DNA from: Orbicella franksi
Lineage: Eukaryota
DNA: 64,000 bases
Assembly: GCA_964199315.1 (NCBI GenBank)
Contig: OZ116699.1
Location: forward strand, 37,386,001-37,450,000
Reading direction: 5' to 3'
Shown: piece after piece, positions 57,701 to 64,000 of the stretch
How positions within the stretch are numbered: the first letter of the stretch is position 1
How the letters are laid out: the number at the start of each line of letters is the position of its first letter
The notes under the pieces: model-generated
The model's input: the letters and a program-made list of their open reading frames with translations, nothing else
Database searches by the model: none
Told to the model about the DNA's origin: nothing
Made by a program: the position numbers and the translations under genes

Positions 57701-59806
57701 AGCGTTATGAGAATGTTATCAAAAGCCGATGCATCAGCGCGGGGAAAAATATCAATTTTGACAGGTGTAATAACCTTTCTGACTGATTTGTAACAGGCTA
57801 ATCACCAAGGGCGGAACGTCTAGAGGCTCTCTAGGTTCGATTACTAGCCGCTGTTCGGGTAAAGAGTCCGTGGACGGGGAGGAACGCAGAACGGACTAAA
57901 GAGCGGGAGAAAACGAGCCTAGAGGCCCTAGGCCGCTCTCCCGCTCCGCTCTTGTCGGTTCGCTTCACTTGCAGAATTTTTTTTCCGCCCTCGCCGGGAC
58001 CCTATATTCGAAGGCTATGATCCCGCACTCACCTGCCTATACAGTATCCCCATCCTATCCCCTAGCGGAAAGCCTATTCGTACGCTCGAGGACCTCATAG
58101 ATGGTTGACGATTCTACGGAGTTGATTCGATGGCGTTCAAACAGTAAAGTAACTTATGCAAGAGAAAATAAATGTGCAGAGGTCTATGGCTGAAGCCTAA
58201 ATTTGAGTTTAACTTTGTGCACCGTGCTGTGTACACGCATTTTTTCTTAACAAAGGGTGCCAATTCGAGCTACCGAAAAAGTACACTTGATGTATGATTA
58301 GCACGAATTCTCATTTCCTAGATTCGATTTATTCCTTAGATCGATTATCCCATCGACGTGAGAAAAGGTCTGAGAATAGCCTGACCTTACGCGAAGACGT
58401 CTTCGTGACGACTCAAACACATGTTTCAAGGAGAGCCGTTTTGAGAATGAAGCAAAAAGGGATGTGGCGTGTGAACAGTCTCCCGGCGACTGCGATAAAA
58501 CATTCGCCTCGCTCTGCTCGCCCTAGCCCACGCTCGGTTAGCTTCGCTCGTAGGTTAGCCTGCAAAGGGCGGAAAAAATCCGGCGAGCGAAGTGAGCCTT
58601 TTAGCGCGAAATAACGAATTCCGCTCCCCCTCGTCTCGGCTAGCCCCGCTCGCCCTAGACCACACCCTGCTAGCTCGCACTAAACCCAACCGGGAGCCTG
58701 TTCGCAGGCTAGGAGCATGTTCATAGACTAAAAAGGATGGGGTGTGGGAAATATTTACACTGACGAGTTCGCATCTAAAACTTCAGTAGCTGTTAACAAC
58801 TATACAACACAACAACTGAACTTATTTCACCGCATTCTCTGTGCCATAATTCTTTACTTTGCCAGACCGTTTTTCAGCCGGATTGTTCTCATTTGTAAGA
58901 TTAATTCTAAAAATATATATATTTCTTTTCTAACAACAAACTAGGATATAATATTAAATAGTTTGCTCGCTTGATTTCAACCTAAGAAAATCAAAATCTA
59001 GCAAATAATAAATAACAGACAATAATTCGTCAAAGTTAAAATAAACGCGTATAAATCTGCTCGAGTTTATCATTTACATTCTTTTCAAAATAGACTATTT
59101 CTCTTAACGTAATCATTTGCAAGGTTTGTCAAGTTTCTTGAGCGATTCATTCATTTGCAACCCTCGCAAAAATTATCTGATTTATTTTCTTACATCTTGT
59201 GGCAATCCTTGAAAGGTCGAAACATTCAGGCATTCATAGGTCTCTCTTTCAAAAGTACAAAACTGCTGCATCGAAAGCATTTAACAGTTATTTTACAAAG
59301 TTTACAAAGATTACTTAGAAACATGCATTTATACAAAGGATTGCCGGATTTACAGAGATCATCCCTAAAAAAAGTTCTATATAATGTGAAAATTCTATTC
59401 CTCCCTTTAAATAACTAGAACATCACTGAAATAAATACTCTTACTAGAAAAATTGCCGTAAGGGAACGTTTAATCGCAGATAACCTTACTAACTTGAGTG
59501 ACTTCCCTCTTGTCTCACGAAACGTAATCGTTTTGTTGCCTTTGACGTAGGAACAGATTCATGTAGTCCATAACCTCCTCAACATAGTCTTTGGAATGTA
59601 AAGACCCAGAGGAACTGAGCACGAATTTGCTGTGTACTGCTCAGTTGAAACGAATGATCCTAGTTCAATCCAAAGTGATTTCCAAATGCTACAGCAACTT
59701 CGCAATCTGAGTTTACGATTTTTCCCACTTTGGGATGCAGGGCGTTGAAAATTTCATTCCTCCAGCGTGAATTCTTAAAGCATGAACGCCGAAGGCTTGC
59801 TATTTC

Positions 59807-62800
59807 TTATGAAGGCGGTTTAGGCGGGGCTGGTTTTCTCCTAGGCGATCCAAAACCCTTCTTTTTCTTGTTGAAACCGATCGGTACTTCCCATACCTTT
59901 CTTGGTATGTGCGTATAGTATGTAAATACAAAGGCTCGGGTAATGTGTTGACCACAACGCGTGTGCTTGAGGCTCTGCATTCTTTCCATGTTATCTTCCC
60001 TTCGTTTCAACAATGACGCCTTCCTCCTGGCAGCCGCTTGAGCAGAGCGCATGCGTGCTAAAGCTTCCAGCCGGTGTGCCATTTCAATGCGTCTCTGTTC
60101 CTCGCGGAGCCGCTCTTGCTCAGCTTCTTCCCGCTTACGCTTTTCTTCTTCAGCCCGTTGTTGTTCTTCTTCCTCCCTCCTCAGCCTTTCCTCTTCTTCC
60201 TGCCTCAACTTAGCTTCCTGCATTTCAGCGATCCGCCTCATCTGCTCGCGATACTCTCGCTCCTCTTTTATCCTCTGAAGCTCTTCCTCTGCTTCGCGTA
60301 TCTTCTCCTCTTCTAAACGCCGTTCTTCTTCCTCCATCTGAAGCGCCATGAGCCGTTCTTCCTCGCGTCTTTGCTCTTGTTCCAAGCGTTCCAGTTCTTC
60401 TTTCCGCTGCCTCGCCTCGTCAATTTCTGCCATTCTTTTCTCGCGATTCATTCGCTGTTGTTCAAGTTCTTTCTCTCGCTCTCTTAACTCTTCTTCTCGT
60501 TTCTTCTTCTCTTCACGCTTCTTCTGTACTTCCAGCCTTCTTCGTTCTGCCTCAGCCGCCCTTCTCGACTCTCGCTCTTCGCGCGCCTTTTTCTTCGCTT
60601 CCTTCAGTTTCTCCAACGCTTCCTGTTCCTGTCGTTTCGCCTCTTCCTCCTCCTCCATCCTTTTCATCTTTTCTTCTTCAATATTTTTCTGCTTCTCTTC
60701 TGCCTCAGCCTTGGCTCTGACTGCCTCTTCTTCTCGCTCTTTTAACAAGCGCATTTCCTCTTCTTTCAATCTCTTTTCCTCCTCTTTCCTCTTCCTTTCT
60801 TCTTTTCTTTGATCTGCTCTCAGTTTAGCCAGCTCCTTCTTGGACATTTTCTTGGGTAGAGAAGGTGCATATGCATCTCTTTTCTCTGGTGAAACTTCCG
60901 GGGCCACCTGAGGCATTTGCATGGTCTGTACAGACTCGCGTCTTTTGACTGGTTCATTAACAACAGCACCGCCACAGGCCTGATTGACAGCAGCTATAGT
61001 CATGTCACTTTTACTTTGCTCTTGAATGAACTGACGTAGTTCATCGTCCATTCCATCTAACATTTCCGGTGTGTTGAATGCATCAAAATCGATATTTTCA
61101 GGGTCTATAGTGGACTCCTGCTCGCTTTTCTTCCTCGCAGATTTGGACTGTTTCCCGGGTTTCTTTTTGGAATCGCTTTTCTGCAATAATAGAAATACAA
61201 TTGATCAATTAATCCATAGTTCCTTAACTTATTACCAATGTTTATGAGTTCACAACAGCACCTTCAATAATAATTATACGACGCTCTTTCGATTCCCTCC
61301 TTTTGTAGCAGCTTTGGCCCCAAATTTGACCCCATAAATTCCTTGTAGCAACGCTCTCTAGCATTGTTGATCTACCTCTTCACGGGAAAGCTTCAACCTT
61401 GCTGCCAATGAAGTCAAAATTTCAACTTAACACGAGGAAAGTTATTTTTACTAAACTAACCCTGGTAGGCTACTTGATCTTCATTATCATCATACTCCTT
61501 CATTCTCTAGTATGGGCGAGATTTAGGCCCCGCCTACATTACGCCGGAAGGATTTGAAAACTCAGCTTTATTTCTACGGTTAGGCCTACCGTCCACACTA
61601 ATCCGTCAAGAAAACGCTCTTCGAACCAGAAGAATTTGAAAACACCGGCTTTTCGTTTTCGTTTGGACAGAAAACCTTTTAAAAATGGATCTTTGTGAAA
61701 ACGATGGTAAAGGTAAAGTCTGCATACGAGCCAAGTGGCCCATCAGGCCGGAGCTTATCCCGGTTTCTGTAGCATGAAGCGACTAGGAGTATTTCTACTC
61801 CTCCCTGGATGGGATGCTAGTCCATCGCAGGGTTACCCCCAGCATTAAGTTCGCCGGTACCCATTTATACACCTGGGTGGAGAGAGGCACTGTGAGAGTA
61901 AAGTGTCTTGCCCAAGAACACAACACAATGGCCCCGGCCAGGGCTCGAACCCGGACCACTCGATCCGGAGACGAGCGCACTAACCATGAGGCCACGATGA
62001 CCTCACGATAATCATGTGATTTCCGTGTACGAGTTTTCATCAAACACAAATCCAAAATGACCAGTGATTGTTGCGTTTTTAAATTCCTCCAGCGTAGCGT
62101 GGACGGAAAACATTTGATGTGTTTTCAGAGTGAAACATCCGTTTTCAACTTACTCCGGCGTACTGCGGACAGGGCCTTGTTACCTATATATCTATACAAA
62201 AGCAAATTGTCAAATACTTGTGAAATGTTCGTGGCTAGTCTGACGCGGCGTTTCGTCTCGGCCAAGAGACTCTTCAGAGACCTTTAGAATTCAAAGGCAA
62301 ACTCGTTGAGCGTCACGCCCAAAGTCCCGTTCGCAAATTCGTACGGTTGGGAATCCTTCTGCGATAGAGGGCCAGACTGTCAACATCAAGAATTTGCGAA
62401 CGGGACTTTGGGCGTGATGCTCAACGAGTTTGCCTTTGAATTCTAAAGGTCTCTGAAGAGTCTCTTGGCCGAGACGAAACGCCGCGTCAGACTAGCCACG
62501 AACATTTCACAAGTACCTATAAATCGTTTTCTATTCTTCTCATACTACCAAGAGAGACTTACGTGCGTACCTTATCCTTAGGTTTACTTGGCGTCTTGTT
62601 CTTAGACACCAGCGCCGCTAGATCCGATAAGTCATTCTTTTTCTCGGCTGTCGTCGGACTTGTTCTAGTGACCAGTCCCCCTGACGTTAAATCGCCTTCT
62701 TCACCTTCTTTACCAATCCCCTCCAGCTCCAGTTTGCCGTCTTTCGGCGCATCACGTTTGGAAAGTAAATCGCTGACCATCTGTCGGCGGGCCTCCCTTT

Positions 62801-64000
62801 CTTCAACCGTCGGTTCTTTCACCTCTTTGTTCATCTCGTTGTTCTTTGCTAAGCTCAATCCTGGGAGATCAGGTTTCGATTCAGCTTTGCTTTTACCATC
62901 TTTGGGCTTTTCGCTAAGGCTTGAAGGCGCAGGTTTAGGCTGTTTGTTAATCGTAGTTTTAACAGCTTCTGGTTTGGGACGGATTCTCGGCTCCCCTTCC
63001 ATACTTGAGTTGCTTGACTTTTCAGCAGCTTTCCTGTCAGTGTCCTTTTCCTGGATACAAGTCCCTGAACCGCGCCGGGTTCGGGCGGATCTATCACGAA
63101 CTTGAGGCTCCTGCCCAGACTCAATGTAGTTCCGCACGGTCTCTCCGATACTCAAGGGTACATTTCTCTGTTCTTCGTTCACTGGGGATGATGGCCGCGA
63201 CTTCTCAATATCAATCATCTCCTTGTAAGGTGAAGTAGGTCGATGATCGTCTACCTTTAATGGAACAAAAACATGGAAATGAGTGACAACAGAATAAAAT
63301 TATTTCCAAGACAAAATTGACAGACAACGATTGTAAAAAAAGTGGTTTAAATTTTCCTCTTTAAAGAACTTCAATCTTCTAATCATGAACTACAGTACAA
63401 AACAATGAAAACTACAAGATAAAACGTCAAATTTACTTAATCACTTCTGAAAATGCTTTTAGATAAAGTTTTCAATACGTACAAGATTGCCTATGGGGCC
63501 ATGCGAGCGTGTCACCTAGGCAAGCATCTCAGTTAAAAATAAGTTAATTTCCAAATAATTTCTGATGATCTCTAATATTTGAAGCTGTTTTATTAGAAGT
63601 AAGCACGATAAAACTCTGTCAGGATTACTTATTTTTCTCTCGAAAACGAATACAGGCATATCAACCTGGGTTCGGGTTTCGTTCATTCCCACGATCGAAC
63701 TGGCAGCCAACAAATATTAACCGACATTAACAAAACAAAGCTGCAACCATCTGCCAAATATAGTCACCAAAGGTAAAGCTATATACCTCGTCCATCATCG
63801 TTAACATACAATCAGCTCGTAAAAGAAAAGAAAATGTTATTGCCATAATCTTACCTTTCCTTTAATTTCCAATCCTGTTTCCGCCAAAAGTTTTTTGTGA
63901 AGTATTTGATCAGCTTTGATTGGCGCGGGAGAACTGGCACGAGAGACCTCTGCTGCTTTGCGCGCAGGTTCCTCTGGTGTTATCAGAGTGGAATCCTTCG
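59807..64000 (-). CDS. 3' part of a large E/R/K-rich coiled-coil protein; C-terminus tentatively KIAA2012/DUF4670-like
   Basis: Exons >64000-63855, 63254-62571, 61180-59807, all phase 0 and GT-AG (AAG|gtaag, taaag|GTAGAC, AAG|gtacg, ttgcag|AAAAGC). A long EEEKRRREEE tract ends in QHITRAFVFTYY...PPKPPS*. The family assignment comes from memory of a Q-x-I-(S/T)-R-x-(W/F)-V-(Y/F)-(S/T)-Y motif and is uncertain. Confidence 0.8.
61525..62177. mobile_element. MITE with AGGCCC...GGGCCT ends, interrupted by a SINE
   Basis: aggccccgcctacattacgccgga ... tccggcgtactgcggacagggcct; imperfect TIRs. Confidence 0.6.
61707..61995 (-). mobile_element. Full-length tRNA-headed SINE
   Basis: The minus strand starts gtggcctcatggttagtgcg (A box) ... 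gggttcgagccc (B box) and ends in a (ACCTTT)n-like tail. ACGATG is duplicated at 61701-61706 and 61994-61999. Confidence 0.8.
62215..62515. repeat. Near-perfect palindrome, 126-bp arms and 49-nt loop, intronic
   Basis: 62215-62340 is the reverse complement of 62390-62515, with a single mismatch (gagcgtcacg versus gagcatcacg). Confidence 0.9.

Noticed and set aside
60013-60812. Plus-strand Ser/Phe/Leu-rich ORFs (also 62563-63105)
   Set aside because: Antisense shadows of the coiled-coil gene's exons.

Overview
Intron-rich, AT-rich animal genomic DNA. The repeat families and gene structures suggest a cnidarian, probably a stony coral (inference only). Genes reconstructed by hand from GT-AG boundaries and reading-frame phase: (1) a long Glu-rich ORF or terminal exon at the left edge, partly N-masked; (2) UFSP1, minus strand, 5 exons, 215 aa; (3) USP47, plus strand, 34 exons, 1169 aa, head-to-head with UFSP1 and containing one GC-AG intron; (4) a DEPDC7/DEPDC1-family gene; (5) a stand-alone DEDDy 3'-5' exonuclease; (6-7) two intact tandem SDR oxidoreductase paralogues whose differences cluster in the substrate-binding segments; (8) the 3' part of a large E/R/K coiled-coil gene running off the right edge. 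Introns and spacers contain many mobile elements: TTAA-flanked Kolobok-type elements, TA-flanked MITEs including a triple nest, a hAT MITE, two decayed Penelope-like fragments and tRNA-headed repeats. There are also several near-perfect palindromes. The most notable are an inverted dimer of a complete tRNA-like cloverleaf flanked by a 14-bp direct repeat, and a 126-bp-arm intronic hairpin. No CRISPR, rRNA or prokaryotic operon structure was seen. No database search was run, so all family assignments rest on motif recognition.
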